Shown piece after piece: positions 41,169 through 55,525 of a stretch of 64,000 bases of DNA (positions within the stretch are counted from its first letter, which is position 1; the number at the start of each line of letters is the position of its first letter). Position numbers and translations under genes: made by a program. The stretch lies in assembly GCA_951406725.2 (NCBI GenBank), contig OX597831.1, positions 79,422,001 through 79,486,000 of the forward strand, given 5' to 3'. The stretch is from Octopus vulgaris (lineage: Eukaryota). The notes beneath the pieces were generated by a model. The model was not told the DNA's origin. It saw only the letters and a program-made list of their open reading frames with translations, and searched no databases.

Positions 41169-42429
41169 AGTAGATAATATCATTAATTATGTGAACACCA
41201 TTATCAATGTTTCTACAACCACAGGTTTTGTTACTTCACCAAGATGCCATGTGTTGGCCACGTCGGATCATTGGCTGCTTAAAATGGATGCTTGTATACG
41301 AAGAATTTTGTAAAAGAAGACGGCTGTGAAGAGCCATGGTGGAGAAGGTTACGTTGCAGCGATGAACGGAGACAGACATTCGAATGCTTTAACACTGATA
41401 TTGCCTCGTAGATGGTTGGTGTGTCTCAGCGATCGCCTATTTAGGAACAGGGGGGATATTGGTTTACACAAAGTAAAACGGAGGTTTGCAGACGGAAACG
41501 TTAATAAAGGGGAGTAAGCCAGCATTAAGGAACAAGAACCATCCATTTACTAGAAAACAAAGATTCATATTCGAACTTGGCCATATCTCCCAGACAGATT
41601 TCAATGAACGTTTTCCCTCTACCCCTACACAATCTTTTAATTCCTTAAACCATTTCTAATTCCCTCCCACCTAATCTGTTCATCTCACCTCCCTCTCGAC
41701 CACCTTCTTCTTATTCCTTAACTTTTTCCTTCTTCTTTTTTTACGCTGTTTCTCCAACTTCTTGTTCACGTATGAAGATCAAGTGTTCCTTCGTTCCCTA
41801 TCAGTTGCAGCCATTTCTTTTTTTTTTTGGCAACTGAGGGGTTCAGTTACACATCTCTCACATTCAGCCTGGTGTTATAGCTGAAGACACCTACCCAAGT
41901 TGCCGCACAGTGGGACTGAACCCGAAACCACATCCTTCAGCAAGGCAATTCATTTCAGGTTGGTCCAGTGTACTCAGCTGTGTTTGCATGTGTGTGTGTG
42001 TGTGTGCGAGCCCGCGTGTGTGTAAGTGTGTGTGCGCGCATGTGTGTAAGTGTGTGTATGTGTCTGTTTGTGTGCATGTGTATGTATATACACACATATA
42101 CACGACACACACTAAGGCCCAAACACACACCTATATATACATAGATATGTGTGTGCGTGCGTATATGTATATATATATATATGTGTGTGTGCGTGTGTGG
42201 GTAGATGCACATAGATGCTTATATATACGTATATAGATAGAGAGAGAGAAAGAGAGAGGGATAGATAGACAGACAGACAGGCAGGCAGGCAGGCAGACAG
42301 ACAGGCAGACAGACAGACGAGTATAAGTGTGCGTTTGTGGGAAGAAGAGTTTCATTTTCAAACTAAGACATTGGAGCTGAAATATCTGCCTTTATTTGGA
42401 AAAGGAAAAACGATGGAAGAACAACAGAA

Positions 42430-42842
42430 AAGAGAGAGAAATGAAGAAAGAAAGAAAGGAAGAAAGGAAGAAAGGAAGAAAGGAAGGAAGAAAGAAAGGG
42501 AGAAGGAAAGAAAGGAAGGAAGGAAGAAAGAAAGAAAGAAAGGTAGAAGGAAAGAAAGGAAGAAAGGAAAAAGCAAAGAAAGAAAGTAAGGATGAAAGAA
42601 AGAAATAAAGAAAGGTAGAAGGAAAGAAAGGAAGGAAGGAAGAAAGGAAGAAAGAAAGAAGCAAAGGAAGAAAGAAAGAAAGAAAGAAAGGGAGAAGGAA
42701 AGAAGGAAAGAAGAAAGAAATAAAGAAGGAAAGAAAGAAAGGAAAAAAGAAAGGAAGAAAGAAAGCAAGAAAGAAAGAAAGAATGAAAGGAAGGAAGAAA
42801 GTAAGAAAGAAAGGAAGGAAGAAAAAAAGAAAAAGGAAGAAA

Positions 42843-42879
<37 letters not shown>

Positions 42880-42972
42880 GAAGAATGAATGAAGGAAGGA
42901 AGGAAAGAAGAATGAAAGAAAGAAAGAAAGAAAGAAGAATGAATGAAACGAAGAAAGAAAGAAAGAAAGAAA

Positions 42973-43005
<33 letters not shown>

Positions 43006-43200
43006 AAAGGACTGAAGGAAACAAACAAGCAGTGAAATAACAAGAGAAGTAAAAGAAGGAAGGAGAGAATGAGAGAAATAAAGAAATAAGGAAAATACGC
43101 AAATAAAATATAAAAAAACAAAAGAAAGGAAACAACACGAAAGAAAGAAAGAGAGAGAGAGAGAAGGAGAAGGAGAAGAAATGAAATGAAGAAAGATAGT
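42430..43200 (+). repeat. (GAAA)n/(GGAA)n polypurine tract
   Basis: Direct inspection. Confidence 0.95.
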
Positions 43201-43749
43201 GAGGGAGGGATTGAAGAATGGAGTGGCGAACGAGGGTGGAAATGGCGGAAGTAAATCTTGTCTTCACACAGTCACACGTAGAATGACTTTTCATTACAAG
43301 CGAGTGACGAAAGGAAAATCAAATGACATGAAAATGAGTTAATAATTAATTAATTAATTGTTGATTAGATAAAACAGCAACAGCGAGGGAGAACTTATAT
43401 AAGAATCATATAATGAAATAATATGAAAGGGAATAGAGTAACGACGGTAGATATATAAATAAAATATATATATATATATACATATATATATACACATACA
43501 TACGCACATATACATATCTTTGTATGTATGTATGTATGTATTAGAATAAATACAAATTACGATGTGATAAACGGAACACATATAATTCATAAATTGCAAA
43601 ATCATGATTGAGATTTTGTAAGAGTGTGATTATGTATGTGTGCGCGTATGTAAATATAGGGATGGTGTATATATCAGCATATATATGTATATATATATAT
43701 CATATACACACATGCATATACATGTATATACATATGTATACACATACAT

Positions 43750-43803
<54 letters not shown>

Positions 43804-43884
43804 GCATACATATATATACATATATAAATGTATATATCTATATATACACACACACACACATATATATATATAAGTATATATATG

Positions 43885-43951
<67 letters not shown>

Positions 43952-44324
43952 GTGCGTGTGTGTATTGGAGAAAAGACACGATGGTCTAGTCGTGCTTATA
44001 ATTATGAAATTATCGATGTTCAAGTGTGAAAGATGATCGAAGCGAATCATATCCCTAATCATTTGTAATCGGGAAATCAAAATGAATTATTTAAAAAACA
44101 AATTAAACAAAAGAAAAATAAAGTAAAATGAAGTGGTGATGATGATGATGATGATGATGGTTGTGTTGGTGGCGGTGGTGGTGAGGATAAGGATGGTCAT
44201 CATTATCATCAACATCGTGATGATTATGATGCTAATGCTGATTATGATGACGAGGTAACAACATCAACAACAACAACAATGATTACACTGGTTTCTGATT
44301 TATAAATGATAACAATAACAATTA

Positions 44325-44716
44325 TAATCCTTTCTACTGTGGGCACAAGGCCTCGAATTTGGTGGGGAGAGGACTGACTAGTCGATTACATCGACTCCAG
44401 TATGCACCTGGTACTCAATTTATCGGCCCCGAAAGTATGTAACGCAAAGTCGAACTCGGCGGAATTTGAACTCGGAACTTAGCGACGGGCGAAATACCTA
44501 TTTCTTTACTACCCACAATGGGCTAAACACGGAGGAGACGAACAAGGACAGACAAAGGGATTAAGTCGATTACATCGACCCCATTGCGTAACTGGTACTT
44601 AATTTATCGACCCCGAAAGGATGAAAGGCAAAGTCGACCTCGGTGGAATTTGAACTCAGAACGTAACGACAGACAAAATACTGCTAAGCATTTCGCCCGG
44701 GGCGCTAACGGTTCTG
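44325..44716 (-). mobile_element. SINE family B, dimer
   Basis: Two core units joined by AAAGAAATAGG-TATTTCG. Confidence 0.88.
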
Positions 44717-46368
44717 TCTCACAAACGGAGCCCACACATGTTCATCTTCTAGAAATAGTTCTAGAAATAGAGGAGGGACATGGGTGCCTGTCCGTGCATC
44801 AAAAGCCATGCCATGCCTAAGCTGCCATGAATAGGGAGCTCTTGACCATTGGAACCCGTCCCTTCCACAAGATAAAGGGACGCTTAAATGTAATCAAACA
44901 GCAACTGGAATGAGGCACGACAGTCAGACGATGAATGATGACGGGTGTTTGCCACCTCTACCCGACCTTTCAGGAACAACTTCCTCTGAGCCCATTTCTG
45001 GGTGCGACTGGTACCCTGATCGTCACCTCATCCCAATTCTTATTCACCTGGAGGTTGGGACTGAACCAGACCCCGAACAGTTTATGGTCCGTCAGTCCAG
45101 CGACTGACAACGCCGTCCGACGCCTTCGAACTGCCTCTTCATGTACCGAGTCGCAATCCCACAAATTTGTGGCCAACCGATCCATATTCCTTTACAACTG
45201 AGCCGACCGTCTCCACTTCGGAGGCGTCCGACACAATGACGGTGAGGTCGTCCGTGTACGCTGACACTGCCCTCCCGAGCTCAGTTTCGATGCGTACGCC
45301 TCTTGACTGTTCCAACTTCTGCAGTAGTGGCTCGAGAGCCAACACATAGAGAATAGAGGACAATGGGCAGCCCTGACGGGTCTAATATGCAATGCGAAAC
45401 AGTTCCGATAGGTGGCCGTTTACTTTGCAACTTAGCAGATGCCGCTGTGCATTGTAGCAATTCAGTCTCGGAAAACGGGCCCGAAACCGATCGCCCTAAG
45501 GACGGCTTCCAAGTGGCAATCGTCGACCGTATCGAAAGCATTCAACTGATCTAAATTCAACAGGGCCCAACCGAAGCCAACTTTAGTCCCAGCCCTCTCT
45601 ACAATGTATCACATAAGATGGAGATTGTCGTTGTTAGACATGTTCGGGATTGCGCATATTTGTGTCTCCCCGACCAGACTACCGGCGACAAGCGCCAACC
45701 TTTTCGCTAAGAACTTGGGCAAAATCTTAAACTGTGTTTAGCAGAGTTATGGGCCGAAAATTCTCCAGCGCGTAGCCATTGTCGATGTCCTTTCCAGCAG
45801 CGATACCGCACTCCGGCTAATAACTATAGGACATCTCCCATTCTCCTGCCAGTTACTGTAAATGTCTGTCAAGAGGCTGTCAAAGAAATATGGCATGAGT
45901 ACATGGAATTGATAGGCATACCAGCCACACCTGGCGATTTGCAACTTGTGCAATCGCTCATCGCCCCCAGTATTTCTGTCGCCGTAGTCGGCTTTTCGCA
46001 GAGTTGCACGTCTGCTACCGAGAACCGCGGTAAGCCGTCCAGGTACGAAGTAAAGTTCGCTATTGTCGTCGACCCATCACCCTCCCCGAAGAGCCGCGCA
46101 AAGTGCTGCTGGAAAGCCACATACATCTACTCAGAACCGAGTAGCACACGCCCATCATGATCTATCAAAGACCTAATTGTGGTGTGGTTTCCACGTAGTG
46201 TCTCTATTGTTGGAGCCCATCGGACAGCTTTATTTTCTTCATGTTTTAGCGCACGGACTTTAGATCTCACAATGCATCTTTCGTGTTTCACCTCAAAGAA
46301 ATGGTCAAGAGCCATTCTTACCACCAACACGCGGTCGCGATGCCTTTACTAACCATCTCTCCAAATTG
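44717..46368 (-). pseudogene. L1/Tx1-type ORF2 RT, heavily disrupted
   Basis: FQQHFARLFG, KSPGVAGMP, GCPLSSILYVLALEPLL, SAYTDDLTV; homologous to 27886-29278. Confidence 0.88.
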
Positions 46369-46379
46369 CTGGTGGTGGA

Positions 46380-46456
<77 letters not shown>

Positions 46457-46532
46457 CGGTGGCGGTGGCGGTGGTGGCGGTGGTGGTGGTGGTAGTAGTA
46501 GTAGTAGTATTAGTAGTAGTAGTAGTAGTAGT

Positions 46533-46565
<33 letters not shown>

Positions 46566-46903
46566 GGTGGTGGTGGTGGTGTTGGTATCAACAACAATAA
46601 TAATGATTTATAGAATTATATAAAAGTCCGAATTAGCGCATCTTCTTGTGACAAGAATTTATCGTCAGGATTCGTCGCGAATCCAGAACCGTCAGATTAA
46701 TATCGACACCTTTGATTCATAACGAAATTAGATTTACCTTCGCCTAATAAATCTCACAGTCACATCACTACACCTTGTTGATTTTTATCAATTTATATAC
46801 ACGTTCGATGCGAATTTATACATTATATCGGAGCCGATGTGTGTATATGCAAATTCATGAATGAATTACTTACAAGTATATATACAGATACATACATACA
46901 TAC

Positions 46904-47012
<109 letters not shown>

Positions 47013-47122
47013 GTATGCATGTATGCATGTAGATATATATATATACATACATATATGTATATACATATCTATATCTATAAAATATATGAAAATACTTAAT
47101 CATCTATTTATGTATAGATATA

Positions 47123-47244
<122 letters not shown>

Positions 47245-47263
47245 GATATATATGTATATATAC

Positions 47264-47300
<37 letters not shown>

Positions 47301-48674
47301 TACATATATATATATATATGCACAGGTATATATATGTATAAACAGGTATATATATATATATATATATATATATGAATATATTTATGAATGTATGTATGTA
47401 TGCATATTCCTAAGTATGCTAAAAATGTTCATCTGTGTATGTTATAACGGAATTACATAAGCAAAAAAGACTGTGTGACATTCCATATATTTATAACGTT
47501 GATGATGATGGTGATGATGATGAGGAGGAGGAAGCAGAGGAGGTGAAAGGGGGAGGAGGAGGGTAATTTTGGGAGGAAGATGTCAGTGTGTCACAGCTGC
47601 TGCCGATGTGATGACGAGAAAGCAGGGGAAGGGAAAGGGAAGTATAACTGTGTTGATGATGACGATGATGAAGATGATGATGATGATGATGACGATGATC
47701 ATGATGATGATAATGATGATGACAGTCACGATGATGTTTATTGCCATGGTCTCCCAATTCCTCTCATTTTGTTGTTCTTGCGGAGTGCGACGACGACGGC
47801 GACGATATTCACTCCGTTGCTGATGTTATTGATGCTGTTACTGTTGTTGATGATGATGATGGTGGGATGCTGAGGGTGATGGTGGTGGTGACTGTGGGGA
47901 TGGTTATGGTAGTAGTAATGGAGGTGGTGGTGGTAGTGGTGATGGTGCGAACAGTGGTGGTGGTGATGGTGGTGTTGATGGTGCTGGTGGTCGTGGTGAT
48001 CGTGGTCGTCGCAGTCGTCGTGGTGAAAGTGGTAGAAGCGGTAGTGATGATGATGATGATGATAATAATGATGACGATGCTAATTAACACACCTTTTATT
48101 AATTATGACGAACTTTCAAACATTAACACCAAAACCTGAGATTCCCATCTGTTAATCATACGGATTGTCTTTGCAGTAAAGTTCGGCGTTTCACCACCAT
48201 ATTGTTGTTGTTGTTGCTGATGATGCCTTTGTTGTTGTTGTTGTTGTTGTTATTGCTTTTGTTACTGTTAGTGTTGTTGGTGCTAATGGTGATAATTTGC
48301 GGGAGCACGGCCAGATGGTTAGATTATGGCTCTCACGATCACGAGACCGCGGTTTCAATTCCTAGACCGGGTGGCGCATTGTTACCCTGAGCAAAACCAA
48401 TCCAGATTGCTCTCACGCTGATCACTTCCACACCTGACGAGTGATACTCTTGTGCACCTCTTCGGACAACGTCCATTTGGTGGCGGCCGTGATTTAATGT
48501 ACAGCTCACTCCCTAATGGCTCAAACAAGTAAAAAATGAAACCATGTTGTTGCTTTCCAACAAAATGGTTCCGAGTTCAATCCTACTAATAAAAAGGGAA
48601 GCTTGCTTCCCAATCACATGGTTCTGCGTTCAATTCCACTGCGTGGCACCTTGGGTACGTGTCTTCTACTACAG

Positions 48675-48714
<40 letters not shown>

Positions 48715-49073
48715 TAGAGATAAAACCACTATTAGACAAATCAAACAGTGAAAAGCATAAACCAAAACATAGAAGTAAAACTAATTAATATAATATACAA
48801 AATATATATTTTATAAAATTCAAAATTTGAATTATTTAAATTTAAGGTTAAAAATTTAAAATTATCAATTTATATTTATAAATTTTTATATATAGTACGT
48901 TTATATATTTGTTGTGCAAGATTTTTTATGTGAAGTCGTGTGTTGAAACAGATATTGTTATATTTCGGAATGGTCATTTTGCCAGTTTAGCCAATAAAAA
49001 CACACGCACTATATATTTGGTGTTATTTTGCTTCAGTGTTATTTATTTTTTACATTAATCTTAATCTTATTTC

Positions 49074-49118
49074 GGCCAGAGTTCTTTCGTCACACTCCTG
49101 TGACCGCATCAGTGGTCC
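49074..49118 (-). ncRNA. Degenerate hammerhead motif
   Basis: GGACCA-CTGATGC-G-GTCAC AGGAGT GTGAC-GAA-AGAACT-C-TGGCC. Confidence 0.5.
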
Positions 49119-49184
49119 TTTGTTTTCCTCTTTCTTATTTGTGTCTCTCCTTACTAACCGTCAGCCATTTTGTATTTCTATTGT

Positions 49185-49366
49185 ATGTCTGCCACCATCG
49201 CCTGACAACGATGTTCGTATGCTTACGTCCACGTAAAATAGCGGTTCGGCAGAAGAACCGATAGAATAAGTAGAAGGCTTACAAAAAATACGTCGATCCT
49301 TTCGACTATGAAAAACTCTTTGAGGCGCTGCCCCAGCATGGTCACAGTCAAATGACTGAAACAAGA
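49185..49366 (+). mobile_element. SINE family A, 3' half
   Basis: GACAACGATG...CCGATAGAATAAG...CAGTCAAATGACTGAAACAAG. Confidence 0.75.
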
Positions 49367-49729
49367 AAACTATATATATATATATATAAATATATATACT
49401 TATATATACATACATATATATATATATACATATATATATATATGTATGTATATATATATGTATATATATTATTACATATTTGTGTGTATGTGTGTGTGTG
49501 TGCATGTATGCAGACATACAGACAACGAAGAACAACAGAAAAACAAAATAAAGAAAAACACAATAGTTTTATTGTTTTTTTTTTCTTTTCCTTTTTTGGC
49601 TAATTAAAAACTAAAACTTGTTGAATACGATCTACATCCGGGCAACAAACAACCTCTTTCCTCTTCTCTCAAAAAGGAACTTTAAGAAGAAAAAAAACTC
49701 TAACGGATTAACTCACACAATCCACTTGT

Positions 49730-49731
<2 letters not shown>

Positions 49732-49762
<31 letters not shown>

Positions 49763-49995
49763 CTACTTCTTCTTCTCCTCCTTCTTCTTCTTCTTCTTCT
49801 TCTTCTTCTTCTTCTTCTTCTTTCTTCTTCATCCTTCTTCTTCTTCTTCTTCTTCTTCTTTTTCTTCTTCCCCTTCTTCTTCTTCTTCTTCTTCTTCTTC
49901 TTCTTCCCTTCTTCCCCTTCCTCTTCCTTCTTCTTCTTCTTCTTCTTCTTCTTCTTCTTCTTCTTCTTCTTCTTCTTCTTCTTCTTCTTCTTCTT
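49732..49995 (+). repeat. (CTT)n microsatellite
   Basis: Direct inspection. Confidence 0.95.
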
Positions 49996-50544
49996 TCTTT
50001 TTTTCTTTGTTTCTTTCTTTAAGAATATATCTGAAAAATCTGTTGTTTTTTTATATATCTTTTGTCTGCTCTGTTTTGTTTTTTGTAGAGTGTTCTTTTT
50101 GTAACATCTTATCACTCACACGGCCGAACTTCCCAATGACTTTCAACTTCCGGTCACCTTTCGTTAATAAAGTATTTTATTGTTGTTGTTGTTGTGTTTA
50201 ACCCCTACCCCCATCACCCATAGTTAGTCTGTTTCTGTGTCTGCTATCCTAGAAAAAAATCGCAAAAATAGGAACAACAACATCAATAGAAAGAACAACA
50301 GCAGCAGCAACAGCAACAACGACCACAACAAAAGCAGCAACAACACCAAAACTGGAATAACTACTACTACTACCACTACCACTACTACTACTGCCACCAC
50401 TACTACTGCTGCTGCTGCTGAGGCTCCTATTGTGACGGCCGCCACTGCTACTACTGTACTATTAGTGTCACTGCTGCTGCTGCTGCTACTACTACTACTG
50501 CATAAAAAGGGACAAATTGATAGGATAATACAGAGGCAAAAATA

Positions 50545-50750
50545 AGAAAGGTTTCAAAATTTGGCTCAAGGTCAGAAAAAGGTCGGAAGAAAAAGTCGAT
50601 TGCGTCCGCCCCAATGCACAACTGGAACTTGGTTTTAACGACCCCAAAGCGATGAAAGACGATGCCGTCGCCAACGGGATTTGAAACTCAGAACATGGAG
50701 AGCGGAAAGAAATGCCACAAAGCATTTTATCGCCAGCTTAAGGATTCTGT
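50545..50750 (-). mobile_element. SINE family B, diverged
   Basis: CGACCCCAAAGCGATGAAAG...GGATTTGAAACTCAGAAC. Confidence 0.65.
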
Positions 50751-51009
50751 GAAGTGAACCCTATACCTAATCTTGCGTGTATGGATAGAGCAATCGATGG
50801 ATAAATAGATAGATGAATAAACACACACAAACTTATATATATATATATGAATGTATGTATGTATATATATATATATTATATATATGTGCACACACACACA
50901 CACACATTTTTTAAGCAAGAATATATTCGTTAAAATATTTCGTATTTTATAAGATTATTTACGTATATTTATTAATTTATCTAATTAATTATTTTATTAT
51001 TGTTATCTT

Positions 51010-51113
51010 TAACCTGATGAGTGGCTATATTTATATTGAAGTGATTTTACTACTACTACTATTATTCTTACTATTATTATTTCTTAAATATAGCGACGAA
51101 GTACGTGTCGTTA
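51010..51113 (+). ncRNA. Type I hammerhead motif with long stem II
   Basis: TAAC-CTGATGA-GTGGCTATATTTA...TAAATATAGCGAC-GAA-GTACGTGT-C-GTTA; A15.1 replaced by G. Confidence 0.6.
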
Positions 51114-51273
51114 TTCTACCAAATATATACGTTTTATTTATTATTTTGCACATTACTTAATCATCGTTATATGTTTTAGCTTATATTTAATCTTTCTATA
51201 GCATGTAATTTTCCGGAAGGTATAATTTAATTTTTCATTATTGAATTGATAAAAGGTGTTTTATTTTCTAATT

Positions 51274-51332
<59 letters not shown>

Positions 51333-51337
51333 TAATT

Positions 51338-51412
<75 letters not shown>

Positions 51413-51415
<3 letters not shown>

Positions 51416-52139
51416 TTCAGTAAAAACTTAGAATCAGATGAATATGTTACTTAAGTTGAAGCACCAGAATTTAGTACGGTATTATCCATACAATTTCAAA
51501 ATCAGGTGATTAGAATCAAAATAGACAACAAGGATATCCAGAGGTAATGCAGTACGATCGTTTCATGCAACTCCATGCAGCGATTACATCAATTTAAATA
51601 TACATCAGCTGCACAAAGATATAGAATTGAATTAAATTAGAACTGATGGATTCAGTAGTGTAATTTTGCCCAAAATCTCCAAGAAGTTAAGGAGATACAC
51701 AAAGAATATGCTGCCTTAACTTCTTCTTAGAAGCTACTAAGGTATCTGTCGTCTCCCTCAGCCCTGCCCCTAATAGACACTTCCCCCTGTTCCCGCAGCC
51801 TTAGCTATACAAAGATTTGATAAATCTAGTCTATAAATTAAAACTGACCCCATAAAACCGTGACAAGCAAAATCTGTAGCATATCCTTCTTCCTGATACC
51901 TTAGTAGCTTCTAAGTGGAAGTGAAGGCAGTATGTTCTTTGTCTATCTCCTTAACTTCTTTGAGAATTTAGGTAAAATTATACTAATGTGCCCATCTGTA
52001 TTAATTCAATTAAATTCTATGTTTTTGTGTAGCTGAGGATTGCTTTGCATTTAAAATGGTTGTATTGTTTAATTAAATGGAGTTGCGTGAAACGATCGTA
52101 CTGTATTACCTCTGGATATCCTTGTTGCTTATTTTTATT
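51413..52139. mobile_element. Inverted pLTR pair (Penelope-like) with two divergent hammerheads
   Basis: Diverged inverted arms 51518-51746 / 51895-52135; hammerhead motifs at 51548-51613 (-) and 52028-52105 (+); (TA)n flanks. Confidence 0.72.
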
Positions 52140-52154
52140 ATATATATATATATA

Positions 52155-53213
52155 ACAGGGAACTGTTTTGGGTCCGCTACTCTTCATAATTTATGTAAAC
52201 GACCTTTCCAGTGTCGTACATCACTGCAAAGTGAAAATATTCGCTGATGACACTAAGCTCCAGCAAATCGTCAATGAAGAAGCAGACCGAACTCAACTCC
52301 AGTCTGACCTATATGCTGTGAGTCAATGGGCAGACAGAAACAAAATGCAACTGAATGAGGGAAAATTTGAGCTGATGCATTTTGGAAGAAATTCCTCACT
52401 AAAACAACCATACTCTCTTCCTTCAGGGGAACCGCTCACAGCCTCTAACAATATCAGAGACCTGGGTGTAATTGTTGATGACGATCTCAGTTGGAGTGCA
52501 CACATCAACAAGAAGGTCGATACAGCTCGTAGGATGAGTTCCTGGATCTTAAGAACTTTCGGTCCAGAGAACAAGGTGTCATCATACCACTTTTTTCATC
52601 CTTTGTACGGCCACACCTTGAATACTGCTGCCCACTGTGGTCTCCTCACACAAGACAAAACATCTCCAGAATTGAGTCACCCCAGAGGGCTCTCACTAAA
52701 CAAATTGAAGGCATGGCTGCTCTCGACTATTGGGATCGCCTTAAAGCCTTGAAACTTTACTCCCTCCAGCGTCGCCGTGAGCGGTACATCATTTGTACGA
52801 TGTGGAAAATATACCGCCAACTTTGCCCAAACGACCTAAACATTAGCTTCAAGGTTCATCCGAGACTTGGACCACGGGCTATACGTCCCCTGCCAAATTC
52901 AAGATCACAACATACATGTACACTGCAACATAATTTCTTTTCCTCAACAGGCCCTGCCCTATTTAACATTGTCCCGAGGGAGATCAAAGAGGAAAAGGAT
53001 CCCATCAACTTCAAACAGAGTCTGGATGGATTCCTTCAAAGAATACCAGACAAGCCACCCATAATTGGATACAACTCACCCAACAAGAACTCACTACTTG
53101 AACAAAACTTGACTTAAACAGGATTCGAATAATCCTATCAGGTGGTGCTATTAAGTTAGACATGGCCTGGACCAATCTCTGGTCGAAACATATCTAAGTT
53201 TTATCTAAGTTTT
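52155..53213 (+). mobile_element. CR1-clade LINE, 5'-truncated, frameshifted RT
   Basis: QGTVLGPLLFIIYVND, IFADDTKL, LGVIVDDDLSW, VRPHLEYCCPLWSP, LYSLQRRRERY; 3' stem-loop and (TATCTAAGTTT)2 tail. Confidence 0.92.
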
Positions 53214-53227
53214 ATATATATATATAT

Positions 53228-53456
53228 ATGTTCCAAAATGTAACGACACGTGGAATGTTGACGATTTTTTCCTTCGTCTTCCTTCTTTCTTGGAGTTTCT
53301 TCTATCTCCTGCTTCTGAAGAAGAGCTTTGCTCGAAAGGTAAAACACCCTCCCTTTTCTTCTCTGAACGTGTTATTAATACTTTGCATGTACCACGTCCT
53401 AGCATTGTTGCGTTTTCTTGTTGTCCCTTTCTTCTCATTCTTTTATTAATCAATTA
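53228..53456 (+). mobile_element. Penelope pLTR-like repeat with minimal hammerhead at 53311-53345
   Basis: GCTT-CTGAAGA-A-GAGC TTT GCTC-GAA-AGGT-A-AAAC; homologous to 57756-57930; TA flanks. Confidence 0.65.
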
Positions 53457-53463
53457 TATATAT

Positions 53464-53725
53464 GGAGGCGCAATGGCCATGGAGGCGCAATGGCCATGGA
53501 GGCGCAATGGCCTAGTGGTTAGGGCAGCGGACTTGCGGTCGGAGGATCGCGGTTTCAATTCCCAGACCGGGCGTTGTGTGTGTTTATTGAGCGAAAAACA
53601 CCTAAAAGCTCCACGAGGCTCCGGCAGGAGGTGGTGATCCCTGCTGACTCTTTCACCACTCTAAAGGCGGTGCTCCAGCATGGCCGCAGTCAAATGACTG
53701 AAACAAGTACAAAAAAAAAAAAAAA
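53464..53725 (+). mobile_element. Chimeric SINE: family C head (first 17 bp triplicated) plus family A tail
   Basis: Three tandem copies of GGAGGCGCAATGGCC(AT), C body, then AAAGGCGGTGCTCCAGCATGGCCGCAGTC tail and A-run. Confidence 0.85.
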
Positions 53726-53927
53726 ATATTGTATGTCCTGTACTCTATTTTTTCGTTGTTTAAGAAAATGTCCATTTCCTTGGTTTTGTGTTTATGTTTT
53801 CGTTTCTCATTGTGTTCGACATTTTTTGGTGTCCTGTACCCATATATGCATGTATATATACATGTAGAGGTAGGTACGTACATATATGTATATATATATA
53901 TGCATATGTTTTATTTATTTATTAATT

Positions 53928-53982
<55 letters not shown>

Positions 53983-54272
53983 GACAGACAGACAGACAGA
54001 ACGAGATGAATAAGTATATTGAGAGGGACATCAACGCATATGTATATAATATGTATACGAGTATATAAGTATGTATGTATGGTAGTATGTATGTGCGTAT
54101 ATGTATGTATAAACACACACATAAGATTACACCACACTCTATCCTCTTTGCAATTAACTTGGTTTTGTCGTGACATAGTATTTAAAGAAACAGCGGATAA
54201 GTGCTGTGATGACTTTGCTGTTGTTGTTGTAGTTCTTTGGTAAACTTTTTGTATTTTGTGTGTGTGTGTGTT

Positions 54273-54323
<51 letters not shown>

Positions 54324-54754
54324 CTGTGTGTGTCTGTGTCGCTCACCAGCTTTCTGCCTTTATTGTATGAGGAAAGTTTTATAATCAAAATTCGGAGCCT
54401 TCAATGATGTTGATATTTTACAGACAAAGAAGGACGTCTAGAATGCAGAATAGCTGTAAAAATAGCTTAGAAGAAGTGGGGGGGGGGGGCGAAATGACAA
54501 GACGCTGCAGAGAATCTAACCATTTATCTCTCAAATTCCGACTGAGAATGGGTGGGTGTGTGTCTGTGTGTAAAATGCATGATTTGATGTTCACCTGATG
54601 AAGTGCCACTCCAATGTAGTCAACCATACTTATTGCGTAATTGTTTTACATGGAATCATATACATGCCACAACATTGGAAACGGGGTGCTACAGAAACAA
54701 TTGTAATTATTTATAATGTATTGCTATGGTCAGTGTCAGTCTTCTTTCTTGAAT

Positions 54755-55300
54755 CGTGGCTACGTGGTAAGAAGTTCGCATTCCAACAGCACCGTTCCGG
54801 GTTCAGTCTCACTGCGTGGCACCTTGGGCAAGTGACCTGGGTCAACAAAAATTCGTGAGTGGATTTAGTAAACGGAAAGTGTAAGAAGATTTGTCGTATA
54901 TAAAGAAGATTGTCGTGGATTTAGTAGACGAAAAGTGAAAGAAGATTGTATATTTTTGTACTTGGCCCACAGTACCGCCTGACAGCTGGTATTGGTGCAT
55001 TTACATCCCCATAACTTAGCAGTTAGGCAAATATTACCCGATCGAATATCAGCCAGGCTTGTGAAAGTAAGTATTGGGGGTCGATCGTTTTGAGTAAAAT
55101 TCTACAAAGTAGTCTCCCGGCATGGCCACAGTCTAATGCCTGAGACAAGTAAAGGATAAAAGACAAGAAGAAAACATGTGTGGTTGAAGCTTGTTTCCCA
55201 ACCACATGGTTCCGGGTTCAGTCCCACTGCGTGGTACCCTGGGCAACTATCTTATGCTATAGCCTCGGGCAGACCAAAGCCTTGTGATTGGATTTGGTTC
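54755..55300 (+). mobile_element. Two adjacent diverged SINE family A copies
   Basis: Two heads GGTTCAGTCYCACTGCGTGG and one tail. Confidence 0.75.
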
Positions 55301-55392
55301 AATTTTTCTGGACTGCCATGTTAGCTTGGCGATAATTATTAATATATATATATATATATATGTATAAACATACATACATACACATATGTATA

Positions 55393-55446
<54 letters not shown>

Positions 55447-55463
55447 CATACATACACATATGT

Positions 55464-55525
<62 letters not shown>

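Noticed and set aside
53156-53197. Hammerhead-like topology at the CR1 3' end (TTAGA...GACCA/TGGTC-GAAAC...TCTAA)
   Set aside because: No CUGANGA-type core; better explained as the LINE 3' recognition stem-loop
53498-53570. tRNA-like sequence (also the heads at 14140-14212, 29693 and 40329)
   Set aside because: A and B boxes present, but they continue into SINE bodies and I could not fold a complete cloverleaf
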